This document shows positions 27,944 to 37,142 of a stretch of 64,000 nucleotides of DNA, one piece after another. The position numbers and the translations under genes were made by a program. Origin of the DNA: Elusimicrobiota bacterium (GTDB taxonomy: Bacteria > Elusimicrobiota > Elusimicrobia > UBA1565 > UBA9628); assembly GCA_016182905.1 (NCBI GenBank), contig JACPFR010000005.1, positions 76,185 to 140,184 of the forward strand, written 5' to 3'. Within the stretch, counting starts at the first letter, position 1; each line of letters starts with the position of its first letter. Under the pieces are notes generated by a model. That model was not told the origin of the DNA. It saw only the letters and a program-made list of their open reading frames with translations, and ran no database searches.

Positions 27944-30900
27944 CGGTCTTCCTCCATCATGAAGTAGAGTACGGGCACGGCGATGCGCGAGAGCACGGTG
28001 GAAGCGACCTCGCCCGCCATCAACGCCACCGCCAGGCCCTGGAAGATGGGGTCGAACAGGATCACGCCCGCGCCCGCGACGACGGCCGCCGCGGTCAGGA
28101 GCATGGGCCGGAAGCGCACCGCGCCCGCGTCGATCACCGCGTCGCGCAGAGTCATGCCCTCGCGGCGGCGCAGCTCGATGAAGTCGACGAGGATGATCGA
28201 GTTGCGCACGACGATGCCCGCGCCCGCGATGAAGCCGATCATCGAGGTGGCGGTGAAGAAGGCGCCCATCGCCCAGTGCGCGGGCAGGATGCCGACCAAG
28301 GTCAGCGGGATCGGCGCCATGATGACGAGCGGGACGGTGAAGGACTCGAACCAGGCCACGACGAGGCCGTAGATGAGGAGGAGCACCAGGGCGAAGGCGA
28401 CGCCCATGTCGCGGAACACCTCGTAGGTGATCTGCCACTCGCCGTCCCATTTCAGCGCGAGCTTGGAGCGGTCGTCGGGCAGGCGCGTGTACCAGGTCTC
28501 GAGGTCGACGCCGGCGTCCCTCGCCAGCCTCTCGATGCGCGGCTTCAAGTCGAGCAAGGCGTAGACCGGACTCTCCGTGCGGCCCCCGACCTCGGCGATC
28601 ACGTAGGACACGGGCCGCAGGTTCTTGTGGTAGACCGGGCCGTCCGCGTCGAGCCTCGATTCCCGCGTGAGCGCGCCGACCGTGATGGGCGCGCCGGAAC
28701 GGGCGATCAACGACACCGCGCGCGCCCCGTCGAGGGAGCGGCGGCGGTCCTCCGGAAGGCGCAGGGCGATCTCGACGGGCTCGAGCTCGCCGTCCATGTG
28801 CGCCAGGTCCAAGGTCTCCCCGGCGAGGCCCAGGCGCGCGGCGGCGGCGACCGAGGCTGGCGCGATGCCGTTGAGCGTCGCCTTCTCCCGGTCGACGACG
28901 AGGCGGCTCAGCGGCTCCGGCGAGGGGACATAGGTGTCCACGTCGGTGACGTCCGGGGTCATCTCGAGCAGAGCCTTCAGCCGCCGGGCGAAATCGTCGC
29001 GCTTGGCGGCATCGGGCCCGTACACCTCGAACACCAAAGTCGACAGCACGGGCGGGCCCGGCGGGACCTCGGCCACCTGCACGCGCGCGCCGTATTTCCG
29101 GGCGATCTCGGTGACGGCCGGCCTCACTCCGCGGGCGATCGGGTGGCTCTGCCGCCGCTTGCCCTTCGGCGTCAGCCGCACGACGAGGTCGGCCTGATCG
29201 GGATTCGTCCGCAGGAAGTAGTGACGCACGAGGCCGTTGAAGTTGTGCGGCGCGCCCACGCCGAGGTAGGCGATGACTCTCTCGACCTCGGGGACAGCCC
29301 GCAGGACCGCGGAGAGCTCCGCCACCGCGCCCTTCGTCGCGGTCAAGGACGAGCCCTCGGGCATATTGAGCACGACCTCGAAGTCGTCCTTATCGTCGAA
29401 CGGGAGCATCTTGATGACGACGGCCTTCAGCGGCACGAGCGCGGCCGCGGCCAGGAGCATCAGCGCGGTCGCGGCCAGGTACCAGGCCCGCGCCTTGCGG
29501 TCGTCGAGAAGGCGGCCCATCACGCGGCGGTACAGGCGGTCGAGTGCGCCTTCCTCCGCGTGCGCCTTGGCCGGGCTCGGCTTCCAATAGGTCAGGATCT
29601 TCACGAACGCCCAGGGAGACACGACGAAGGCGATGAAGGCCGAGAACAGCATCGCGAACGAGGCGCCGACCGGGATCGGGCGCATGTACGGCCCCATGAG
29701 GCCGCCGACGAAGGCCATGGGCAGGATCGCGGCGATCACGGCCCAGGTGGCGAGCAAGGTGGGGTTGCCCACCTCGTCGGTGGCGTCCACCGCGAGCTTC
29801 CACAGAGGCCGTCCGTCGCCCATCGCGAAGTGACGGTGGATGTTCTCCACGACGACGATCGCGTCATCCACTAGGATCCCTATTGAAAAAATGAGCGCGA
29901 ACAAGGTGATCCGGTTGAGCGTGTAGCCCACCATCCAGTACACCAGCAAGGTGAGCGCGAGCGTGACCGGCACGGCGATCAGCACCACCAGCGCCTCGCG
30001 CAGACCGAGGGCGAGGGCCACCAGCACGGTGACCGAGAGCGTGGCGAGCAGCATGTGATAGAGGAGCTCGTCGGACTTGTGCTTCGCGGTCTCGCCGTAG
30101 TCGCGCGTGACCGTGACGGTCAGCGCGCCCGGAAGGGACTCGCGGGCCTTCTCCACCCGGGCCAAAGCGGCGCGGGTGACGGTGGTCGCGTTGGCGCCGC
30201 GGCGCTTGGACACCTGGAGCGTCACCGCGGGGACCGCCGCGCCGGAGGGCCCTTCGTAGACGGCGACTTCCCGCTCGTCCTCGTCGGGGCCGTCGACGAC
30301 CTTGGCCACGTCGGCGACGCGCACCGGCCGCCCGTCGGAGACGCCCAGCACCACGGCCCGCAGATCGTCCGCGCCGCGGATGAAGGCGTCCGTCTCCACC
30401 TTCACCGCGCGCCCGCCCGCGTCCACGGTGCCGGACGGAAGGCGGCGGTTCGAGGCTCTCAAGAGCCCCGCCAGATCGAGCGGGGACAGACGGCGGCGCG
30501 CCAGCGCCGCCGGGTCGAAGAACACCGACAGGCGCCGGCGCCGGCCGCCCAGGATCTCGACGTCGGCCACGTTCTCGACGGTGGTCACCACGCGGCGCAG
30601 CTCGGCGGCGGCGCGGCGCAGCTGGAGCGGGGAAAGTCCGGCGCCCGTGAGGGTCAGGGCCAGGACCGGCACGTCGTCGATCGAGCGGGGCTTGATCAGG
30701 GGCTGCCCCGCGCCCGGAGGGAGCAGGTCGAGGTTGGCGAAGGTCTTGGTGTAGACGCGCGTCATCGCGTCGTCGGGGTCGGTGCCGACCTTGAAGCGCA
30801 CGATGAAGAAGGCGCCGTTGTTCTGGGCGGTCGCGTACACGTACTCGACGCCGGGGATCTCCATGAGGCGGCGCTCGCCGACGGCGACGACGCGCTCCGA

Positions 30901-31104
30901 CACCTCGGCCGCGCTCGAGCCGGGCATCGGCACCATGACGTCGAACATCGGCACGTTGATCTGCGGCTCCTCCTCTCGCGGCAGGCGGGCGGTCGCCATC
31001 GCGCCCAGCGCGATCGCGCCGAGCACGATCAGGGCCGTCAGCTTGGAGCGGACGAAGGACTGGGCCAGGCGCCCGGCGGGTCCGAGGGGGGGGTGGGCGT
31101 TCAT
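27940..31104 (-). CDS. RND efflux permease (AcrB-like)
   Basis: About 1054 aa; GILVDDAIVVVENI, RNSIILVD and RFRPMLLT motifs. Confidence 0.95.
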   Translation of the reverse strand: MNAHPPLGPAGRLAQSFVRSKLTALIVLGAIALGAMATARLPREEEPQINVPMFDVMVPMPGSSAAEVSERVVAVGERRLMEIPGVEYVYATAQNNGAFFIVRFKVGTDPDDAMTRVYTKTFANLDLLPPGAGQPLIKPRSIDDVPVLALTLTGAGLSPLQLRRAAAELRRVVTTVENVADVEILGGRRRRLSVFFDPAALARRRLSPLDLAGLLRASNRRLPSGTVDAGGRAVKVETDAFIRGADDLRAVVLGVSDGRPVRVADVAKVVDGPDEDEREVAVYEGPSGAAVPAVTLQVSKRRGANATTVTRAALARVEKARESLPGALTVTVTRDYGETAKHKSDELLYHMLLATLSVTVLVALALGLREALVVLIAVPVTLALTLLVYWMVGYTLNRITLFALIFSIGILVDDAIVVVENIHRHFAMGDGRPLWKLAVDATDEVGNPTLLATWAVIAAILPMAFVGGLMGPYMRPIPVGASFAMLFSAFIAFVVSPWAFVKILTYWKPSPAKAHAEEGALDRLYRRVMGRLLDDRKARAWYLAATALMLLAAAALVPLKAVVIKMLPFDDKDDFEVVLNMPEGSSLTATKGAVAELSAVLRAVPEVERVIAYLGVGAPHNFNGLVRHYFLRTNPDQADLVVRLTPKGKRRQSHPIARGVRPAVTEIARKYGARVQVAEVPPGPPVLSTLVFEVYGPDAAKRDDFARRLKALLEMTPDVTDVDTYVPSPEPLSRLVVDREKATLNGIAPASVAAAARLGLAGETLDLAHMDGELEPVEIALRLPEDRRRSLDGARAVSLIARSGAPITVGALTRESRLDADGPVYHKNLRPVSYVIAEVGGRTESPVYALLDLKPRIERLARDAGVDLETWYTRLPDDRSKLALKWDGEWQITYEVFRDMGVAFALVLLLIYGLVVAWFESFTVPLVIMAPIPLTLVGILPAHWAMGAFFTATSMIGFIAGAGIVVRNSIILVDFIELRRREGMTLRDAVIDAGAVRFRPMLLTAAAVVAGAGVILFDPIFQGLAVALMAGEVASTVLSRIAVPVLYFMMEEDR

Positions 31105-32438
31105 CGCGGGACCTCCAGGCTGCGGCCGAGCACGGCCACGGCGTCCGGGTCGAAGCGCCCCTGCGCGGCGCGCAGGGCCGCCCATTCGGAGCGCTGGCGG
31201 CAGACGGCCTCCAGCCGCGCCTCCTCGAGGCGGGCGACGGCTTCCTCCGCGCGCAGGACCTCGAGCACGCTTTGTCGGCCTTCCCGATAGAGGGGGCGGA
31301 CCTGCTCGAGCGACTCTCGCGCCCGGGACAGGGCCTCGCGCAGCTCCGGGAGCGCGGCGGCCAGGCCCCGGAGGCCCGCGGCGCGGGCCAGGACCTCTCC
31401 GCGGGCCGCGTCCTCGGCGCTCATCCGCGCCGCGCCGGCCGCGGCTTCATCGGCCGCGGCGCGCGCGCGCCGCGAGGCGTACGCGGGGTCGCCGAACAGC
31501 ACGCTCGCGCGCACGCCCACGAGGCGGCTCGCGGCGCCGGAGTTGAAGCCGTCGGCGGAGTTATTCACCGCGGCGAAGGCGTCGACCGTCGGCAGCAGGC
31601 TGTGCCTGGCGCCGTCGCGGCGCACGCCGGCCGCCCGCTCGCGCAGGCCGGCCGCGCGCAGGTCGGGGCGCGCGGCCAGGGCCGCGGCGACGAGGGCCTC
31701 GTCGCTCTCCAGAGGGGCCGCCCAATCGAGCAAAGCCCCGGTCGTCTCGGGCGCGGGCCCGCCGAGCAGGACGCCCAGCTCGGAGCGGCTCGCCTCGCGC
31801 TCGGCCGCGGCGCGCGCGCGCCAGGCCTTGAGGCCCGACAGGACGGCGAGCGCGGCCTGGTGATCGGAGCCGAGCACGAGGCCCTGCTTCTTGAGGCGCT
31901 CCGCGCTGTCGACCGCGGCGCGCGCCGTGGCCAGGCGGGCGTCGAGCTCCTCGAGGACGCCCTCCGACTTCAGGGCGCGCAGATAGGCGCCGGCCGTCCG
32001 CAGGCGCACGGCCTGGGCGGCCGCGCCGCCCATGACCTCCGCCTCGTCGGCCGACAGCGCCGCGAGCCTCCCCGCCCGCGTCAGCTCGAAGCCGGTGAAC
32101 AGCGGCACGCCCAGCTCCAGGCTCCCGTGCACGGCGGTGCGGTAGCCGGGATGATTGAGCGTGTCGGGGTTGAAGTCGGGGGCCGTGACGGCGCGCCGCG
32201 TCATCAGCTCGCCGAAGGCGTACAGCGGGTCGTCGCCGCGCATCGCCGACGCGCGGGCGCTCAGGCGAGGCCAGCGGGTCCAGAACGCCTCGCGTCCGGC
32301 GGCCTCGGCCTGGGCCCGGCGGGCCTTCGCCTCGGCGGCCGCCGGCGAACGCAGGACGGCCGCCTCCGACGCGGCCGACAGGTCCAGCGCCGCGGCGGGC
32401 GCGGCGGCCAGGATCAGGAACAGCGGGAAGACTCTCAT
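31101..32438 (-). CDS. TolC family outer-membrane protein
   Basis: Signal peptide; two OEP-like halves (VPLFTG, YREG); coupled to the RND gene. Confidence 0.88.
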   Translation of the reverse strand: MRVFPLFLILAAAPAAALDLSAASEAAVLRSPAAAEAKARRAQAEAAGREAFWTRWPRLSARASAMRGDDPLYAFGELMTRRAVTAPDFNPDTLNHPGYRTAVHGSLELGVPLFTGFELTRAGRLAALSADEAEVMGGAAAQAVRLRTAGAYLRALKSEGVLEELDARLATARAAVDSAERLKKQGLVLGSDHQAALAVLSGLKAWRARAAAEREASRSELGVLLGGPAPETTGALLDWAAPLESDEALVAAALAARPDLRAAGLRERAAGVRRDGARHSLLPTVDAFAAVNNSADGFNSGAASRLVGVRASVLFGDPAYASRRARAAADEAAAGAARMSAEDAARGEVLARAAGLRGLAAALPELREALSRARESLEQVRPLYREGRQSVLEVLRAEEAVARLEEARLEAVCRQRSEWAALRAAQGRFDPDAVAVLGRSLEVPR

Positions 32439-32458
32439 GGTTCGATACCCCTCACCTG

Positions 32459-32486
32459 TTGGATGCGGGCCGATCCAAAAGGATTC
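32459..32486 (-). promoter_or_regulatory. Putative ECF-sigma promoter, copy 1 (tolC-RND-DUF2892)
   Basis: GAATCCTTTTGGATCGGCCCGCATCCAA, 25/28 identical to the copy at 35255-35282. Confidence 0.7.
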
Positions 32487-32496
32487 AGGGATCGCG

Positions 32497-32736
32497 CTAT
32501 CGGCGGCGCAACGCGGCGGCCAGGGCGCGGCGGGCCGAGGCGGGGGGAGGGGAGGCGCGCTTGAGCGCGCGCAAGGTCAGGACGGTGTGCTCCAAGGTCT
32601 TGAGCAAGGAGGCGCAGGAGCGGCACGAGGCGCGGTGGCGGGCGAGGAGCTTGCGCTGCGGCGCGGGTAGCTCCTGGTCGAGGTAATCGAGCAGGAGGCC
32701 CACGCGCCGGCGGCAGGACATCTTCTCGAGCTTCAT
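32497..32736 (-). CDS. Soluble zinc-binding anti-sigma factor (zf-HC2/ZAS)
   Basis: 79 aa; SC...DYLDQEL...HRASCRSC (HxxxCxxC); ATGA overlap with the sigma gene; no TM segment. Confidence 0.88.
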   Translation of the reverse strand: MKLEKMSCRRRVGLLLDYLDQELPAPQRKLLARHRASCRSCASLLKTLEHTVLTLRALKRASPPPASARRALAAALRRR

Positions 32737-33302
32737 AGGGAGCGCTCGAACTCGTCGCGGAGGAACAGCCGCCCGCGATGGAGGCGGGATTTGACCGCGG
32801 GGATGCTCAGCTTCAGGATCTTCGCCGTCTCCGCCGCGGAGAGCCCCTCGACGTCGCGCAAAGTCAGCACGAGCCGGTACTCCATCGGCAGCTTGGCCAA
32901 CGCCCCGGAGACTTTTCCGATGAGCTCCTTCTTGTTGGCGGCCTCCTCCGGGGTGGGGGCCCAGTCCCGGAATTGATGCGACGGGGCGTCCTCGTGGTCG
33001 TGCGGGCGGTCGAGGAGCGGCACGAACGGCTCGCCGCGCTTCTTGCGCCGCTTCATCAGGCACAGGTTCGAGGCGATGCGGTACAGCCAGGTGCCCAGCT
33101 CCGAATCGCCGCGGAAGGCCTTGAGCTTCTTGAAGGCGGTGATGAAGGTGTCCTGGTAGACGTCGTCGGCCTCGGCGGAGAGGCCCGCGCAGACGGTCTT
33201 CGCCAACCGGTAGATGCGGTCCTCGTAGCGGCCGACGAGGCTCGAGAAAGCCTCGGTGTCCCCGTTGCGGCTGCGTTCGATGAGTTCTTTTTCCGCCTGC
33301 AC
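32733..33302 (-). CDS. ECF sigma-70 family RNA polymerase sigma factor
   Basis: DDVYQDTF, TWLYRIASN, LRDVEGLS, VKSRLHRGR. GTG start 6 nt after TATAAT (33314-09). Confidence 0.93.
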   Translation of the reverse strand: MQAEKELIERSRNGDTEAFSSLVGRYEDRIYRLAKTVCAGLSAEADDVYQDTFITAFKKLKAFRGDSELGTWLYRIASNLCLMKRRKKRGEPFVPLLDRPHDHEDAPSHQFRDWAPTPEEAANKKELIGKVSGALAKLPMEYRLVLTLRDVEGLSAAETAKILKLSIPAVKSRLHRGRLFLRDEFERSL

Positions 33303-33369
33303 GCGCTGATTATAGTGCATCCGGCCCGCCGGGCATGCGCCTTTTTTTATTTTTCATTTCTCCCTCAGG

Positions 33370-33434
33370 GGTTTTGAGCAGAAATCTGCGCAAAACCAAA
33401 CACGCGGGTTTTGAGCTGGGATTCGATCAAAACC
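33370..33434. promoter_or_regulatory. Two tandem palindromes GGTTTTG-N14-CAAAACC
   Basis: At 33370-33397 and 33407-33434, in the AT-rich divergent intergenic region. Confidence 0.65.
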
Positions 33435-33495
33435 CTCTTCGAGAAAATCAAATAGGGCCGAGGGAACAATTCGGGGGGCTCGATCGTATGAGAGG

Positions 33496-33930
33496 ATGCG
33501 ATTTCGCAGATACCCGTATGAATGGCCGGGAATCCCGGCGTGGTGCTGGCCGCGCGTCGCGCGCGAGCTTCCGTCGATCAGGAAACAGCCGTTCCTGAAG
33601 GCTCTGCGAAAGGGCGGGCGGCCCCGCTGCGACGACCGGTTGGCTCTCGGGGCGATCCTCTGGCGACTGCGCTGCGGCGGCACCTGGAGCGAGCTTCCGG
33701 AGCGGTTCGGCTCCGCCGCCACGGCGCGCCGGCGCCTGGCGAAATGGCAAAGGGGGTGCATTTTGGAGCGGGCCTGGCGCGCGTATCTTTATCAGCAAAG
33801 CAGGGGCGAGCTGGAGCGCTGGCGGGACTGCTTCGAGGCTGGCGCCTTCCGGGGCGAGTCGTTCTGGCGCTACGATCTAGACCGCGTCTGGAGGACGGAG
33901 TTCGCGCCGATCGTGGCGGAAAAACTATGA
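33496..33930 (+). CDS. Stand-alone IS5-type transposase N-terminal domain (DUF4096-like), no DDE domain
   Basis: GGRPRCDDR...ILWRLRCGGTWSELPERFGS..T..RRL..W pattern. Confidence 0.7.
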   Translation: MRFRRYPYEWPGIPAWCWPRVARELPSIRKQPFLKALRKGGRPRCDDRLALGAILWRLRCGGTWSELPERFGSAATARRRLAKWQRGCILERAWRAYLYQQSRGELERWRDCFEAGAFRGESFWRYDLDRVWRTEFAPIVAEKL

Positions 33931-33937
33931 TGGACGG

Positions 33938-34735
33938 GTGAGCCAGCCCTACGCCGACTTCGTGCGGGAGTTCGAGTCGCTTCTCGAGCGGGCCGTGCGC
34001 CTGCCGCGCGGGGGCCTGCGCCCCGCGCCCCGTCCCGCGCCGAAGCCGGACGCTCCCCTGGCGCTCATCCTCGCGCCGCATCCCGACGACGAGTGCATCG
34101 TCGGCGCCCTGCCCCTGCGCCTCCAGCGCGAGGGAGGTTGGCGCGTCGCCGTCGCGCCGGTCACCTTGGGCTCGCGCCCGGAGCGCCGGGAGGCGCGCCT
34201 GGCCGAGTTCCGCGACGCCTGCGCCTTCCTCGGCTGGGACGCTCTGTCCCTGCAGGACGGCGGCCTGGCCGACCTCCTGCGCCGCGAGAGCCCTCGTCTC
34301 GTGCTGATCCCGCACGCCGAGGACGCGAACTCCACTCACCGCCGCGTCCACGGCCTCGCCGTGTCGGCGATGCGCTCGCTCGGGTCGGGCTTCCGATGCG
34401 CCGTCGCGGAGACCGAGTACTGGTCGACCATGCCCGACCCGAACCTGATGGTCGAGACGCCGGCCGAGGCCGCGGGCGACCTCGTCGCCGCGCTCTCGTT
34501 CCATAAGGGCGAGATCGAGCGCAACCCCTACCACGTCCTCCTGCCGTGCTGGCTCGCCGACGGCGCGCGCCGCGGCGCGGAGCTCGTCGGCGGCCAGGGC
34601 GCGTCCGCGCCCGCATTCCGGCTCGCCGCGCTCTACCGCCTCTCGGCGTGGAACGGCTCCGCGCTCGCGCGCGCGGCGGGTCCGGGCCGCGTCGCGGCCG
34701 CCGGCGCGGACCTCGCGGTCATCGTCGGCCCGTGA
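33938..34735 (+). CDS. PIG-L/LmbE family deacetylase
   Basis: APHPDDE, RREARLAE and DANSTH motifs. Confidence 0.87.
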   Translation: MSQPYADFVREFESLLERAVRLPRGGLRPAPRPAPKPDAPLALILAPHPDDECIVGALPLRLQREGGWRVAVAPVTLGSRPERREARLAEFRDACAFLGWDALSLQDGGLADLLRRESPRLVLIPHAEDANSTHRRVHGLAVSAMRSLGSGFRCAVAETEYWSTMPDPNLMVETPAEAAGDLVAALSFHKGEIERNPYHVLLPCWLADGARRGAELVGGQGASAPAFRLAALYRLSAWNGSALARAAGPGRVAAAGADLAVIVGP

Positions 34736-34901
34736 GGACGAAGCCCAGCACCGCCCCGTAGAGCGTGCTGACGTAGGGGTTCGACGTCAGCGGGCAGGTC
34801 CCCGTGACGCAGCCCACGAAGCGGTAGTAGGCGTAGCCGGCGATGGCTCCGAGCAAGGCGCCCCAGGCCTCCTGGGGCAGGGCGGCGAAAAGCATCTTCA
34901 T
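34719..34901 (-). CDS. Small membrane protein, DUF6132-like
   Basis: GYAYYRFVGCVTGTCPLTSNP motif; directly downstream of trxA. Confidence 0.75.
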   Translation of the reverse strand: MKMLFAALPQEAWGALLGAIAGYAYYRFVGCVTGTCPLTSNPYVSTLYGAVLGFVLTGRR

Positions 34902-34911
34902 CGGGGGCCTC

Positions 34912-35232
34912 TCACAGGATCCGGTCGATGTGCGACTTCAGCGCCGCCTTAGGCATCACGCCCGTGGCGCGGTCCACCAGCGCGCCGCCCTTGAAGAACA
35001 TCATCGTCGGGATCGCCGAGATGCCGAGTGCCTCGGTCGCCGCCGGGTTCTCGTCGGTGTTGAGTTTGCCGATCTTGACCCGGCCCTCGTATTCGGCGGC
35101 CAGCTCCTCGACGATCGGGCCGAGCATCCGGCACGGCCCGCACCAGGGCGCCCAGAAGTCGACGACGACGGGGATCGGGCTGTTGAGGACCTCCGTCTTG
35201 AAGTTCGCGTCCGTGATCTCGATATGGCTCAT
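34912..35232 (-). CDS. trxA: Thioredoxin
   Basis: DFWAPWCGPC; 106 aa; RBS aggagg. Confidence 0.97.
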   Translation of the reverse strand: MSHIEITDANFKTEVLNSPIPVVVDFWAPWCGPCRMLGPIVEELAAEYEGRVKIGKLNTDENPAATEALGISAIPTMMFFKGGALVDRATGVMPKAALKSHIDRIL

Positions 35233-35254
35233 GTGCGCACCTCCTCTCTCCTGT

Positions 35255-35282
35255 TTGGATGCGCGCCGGTCGAAAAGGATTC
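35255..35282 (-). promoter_or_regulatory. Putative ECF-sigma promoter, copy 2 (trxA)
   Basis: GAATCCTTTTCGACCGGCGCGCATCCAA. Confidence 0.7.
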
Positions 35283-35294
35283 GCGAAGAAAACC

Positions 35295-35981
35295 CTAGGG
35301 CGGGCTGGCGATCCGGCCGTCGTGGACCTCGAAGATCCGGTCGAAGCCCTCGACCATGCGGCGGTCGTGGGTGACGACGAGGATCGCGGAGCGGTTCTCC
35401 ACCGCGAGCTTCTTGAGGAGAGCCATCACATTCCGCCCGTTCTCGGTGTCGAGGGCGGCCGTCGGCTCATCGGCCAGGATCACCTTGGGGCGGTTGGCGA
35501 GCGCGCGGGCGATGGCCACCCGCTGGCACTCCCCGCCGGACAGGGCCGAGGGGTGGTTGCTCAGGCGATGCCCCAGGTTCAGGGCTTCGAGCAGCGCGGT
35601 CGCCCGCTCCTTGGCCGCGCGCTGCGGCACGCCGTTGATCTGCAGGGCGATCATCACGTTCTCGAGGGCGGTGAGGAAGGGGATGAGGTTGTGCGCCTGG
35701 AAGATGAAGCCGAGCTTCTCGCGGCGGATCTTCTTGAGGTCGATCCCCGGCCGCCAGCCATCCTCGGCCACGGTCATGCCGTCGATGACGACCTTCCCGC
35801 GGGTGGGCTCGTTGATCAGTCCGATGGCGGTCAGAAGGGTCGTCTTTCCCGACCCGGAGGGTCCGAGGATGGCGACGAGCTCGCCGGGCTCGACCCGCAG
35901 CGACGCGTCCTCGATGGCGCGCACCGCGGTATGCCCCTGGCCGTAGATCTTCGTCAGCTTCTCGACTTCGACCGCGTACAT
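35295..35981 (-). CDS. ABC transporter ATP-binding protein (MacB/LolD-like)
   Basis: GPSGSGKT, LSGGE and ILADEPT motifs. Confidence 0.95.
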   Translation of the reverse strand: MYAVEVEKLTKIYGQGHTAVRAIEDASLRVEPGELVAILGPSGSGKTTLLTAIGLINEPTRGKVVIDGMTVAEDGWRPGIDLKKIRREKLGFIFQAHNLIPFLTALENVMIALQINGVPQRAAKERATALLEALNLGHRLSNHPSALSGGECQRVAIARALANRPKVILADEPTAALDTENGRNVMALLKKLAVENRSAILVVTHDRRMVEGFDRIFEVHDGRIASPP

Positions 35982-35990
35982 GGGATTCCC

Positions 35991-37142
35991 TCAGCCTCCG
36001 AGCGCCTCGGCCGGCTCGACCTTGAGCGCCTTGCGGATGCCGGCGAAGCTCGCCAGCGCGCAGATGGCCATGATGACGACGAAGAGCAGCCGCAGATCGA
36101 AGGGCTCCAGCACGACGCGGCGCGGGAACTTCTCGTAGGTCAGCGCGATCAGGAGCCAGCCGAGCCCGTAGGCGATGAGCCCCATCATCAGCGACTGCTG
36201 GAGGATCATGCCGACGATCAGCGAATCGGGGGAGCCGATCAGCTTGAGCGTGGCGATGACCCGGATCTTGTCGAGGGTCGAGGTGTAGATGATCAGCGAG
36301 ATGATCACGGCCGAGATCACGAGCAGGATGACGCGGAACAGGCCGAGCTGCATGCGCGCCTTCTCGATCATCCCCTTGGTGATGATCCGGTTCTGCTCGT
36401 CGTCGGTGACGGCGCGGAAATGGCTCCAGCGGCCGATGCGCGCCGCGACCTCCGCGGGATCGGCGCCCGGCGCGAGGCGCGCGATCACGGCGTTGACGAC
36501 GTGCGTCGACGGGGCTCCGGCCGCGCCGAGCCCGGCGGCGGCGCGCCGCCGCTCGTTGCGGATCGCGTCGTTGTCGCTCTTGAACTGGATGTCCTGGGCG
36601 TCGGGAAGGCTCACGAAGGCGGCGGGATCGCCGCCGGAGGAGACGATCTTGCCGGTGACGCCGACCACGGTATACTCGTGGAGGCCGAGCCGGAGGGTTT
36701 CGCCGACCTCCAGGTTCATGCCCTGCCCGGCCACCAGCTCGTAGCGCTTGCGGCGGATCGGGCGTCCGGCGACGATCTCCGTCGGACCTCCGAAGGAGCC
36801 CAGGTCGTAGCCGACGAGGAAGAAACGGAACGGCTTCCCGTGACGGTCGAACTGGATCGTCTGGAACGAGAGGGGCGCGGCCTCGAGCACGCCGGGAACG
36901 GCGGCGACGCGGTAGCGGACGTCCTCCGGTATGCGGGACACCGCGGCGAAGGGGCCGTTCGTGTCCTGCTGCACCACCCAGAGGTCCGCCTCGGCGGCGC
37001 GGCTGAAGGAGAGGGCGTCCGCCACCAGGCCCCGGTAGATCCCGCCCATGCTCATCACCACGCCGACGAGGAGGCCCAGGCCGACGGACGTGAGCGCGAA
37101 CCGCGCCCGATGATAGTCGACGTCGCGCAGGGCGAGGTTCAT
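35991..37142 (-). CDS. ABC transporter permease (MacB/FtsX-like)
   Basis: Start MNLALRD; one TM, periplasmic domain, three TM; ATLKLIG motif. Confidence 0.9.
   Translation of the reverse strand: MNLALRDVDYHRARFALTSVGLGLLVGVVMSMGGIYRGLVADALSFSRAAEADLWVVQQDTNGPFAAVSRIPEDVRYRVAAVPGVLEAAPLSFQTIQFDRHGKPFRFFLVGYDLGSFGGPTEIVAGRPIRRKRYELVAGQGMNLEVGETLRLGLHEYTVVGVTGKIVSSGGDPAAFVSLPDAQDIQFKSDNDAIRNERRRAAAGLGAAGAPSTHVVNAVIARLAPGADPAEVAARIGRWSHFRAVTDDEQNRIITKGMIEKARMQLGLFRVILLVISAVIISLIIYTSTLDKIRVIATLKLIGSPDSLIVGMILQQSLMMGLIAYGLGWLLIALTYEKFPRRVVLEPFDLRLLFVVIMAICALASFAGIRKALKVEPAEALGG

Noticed and set aside
33370-33930. Complete IS5 element
   Set aside because: No catalytic DDE frame, paired terminal repeats or target duplication seen.
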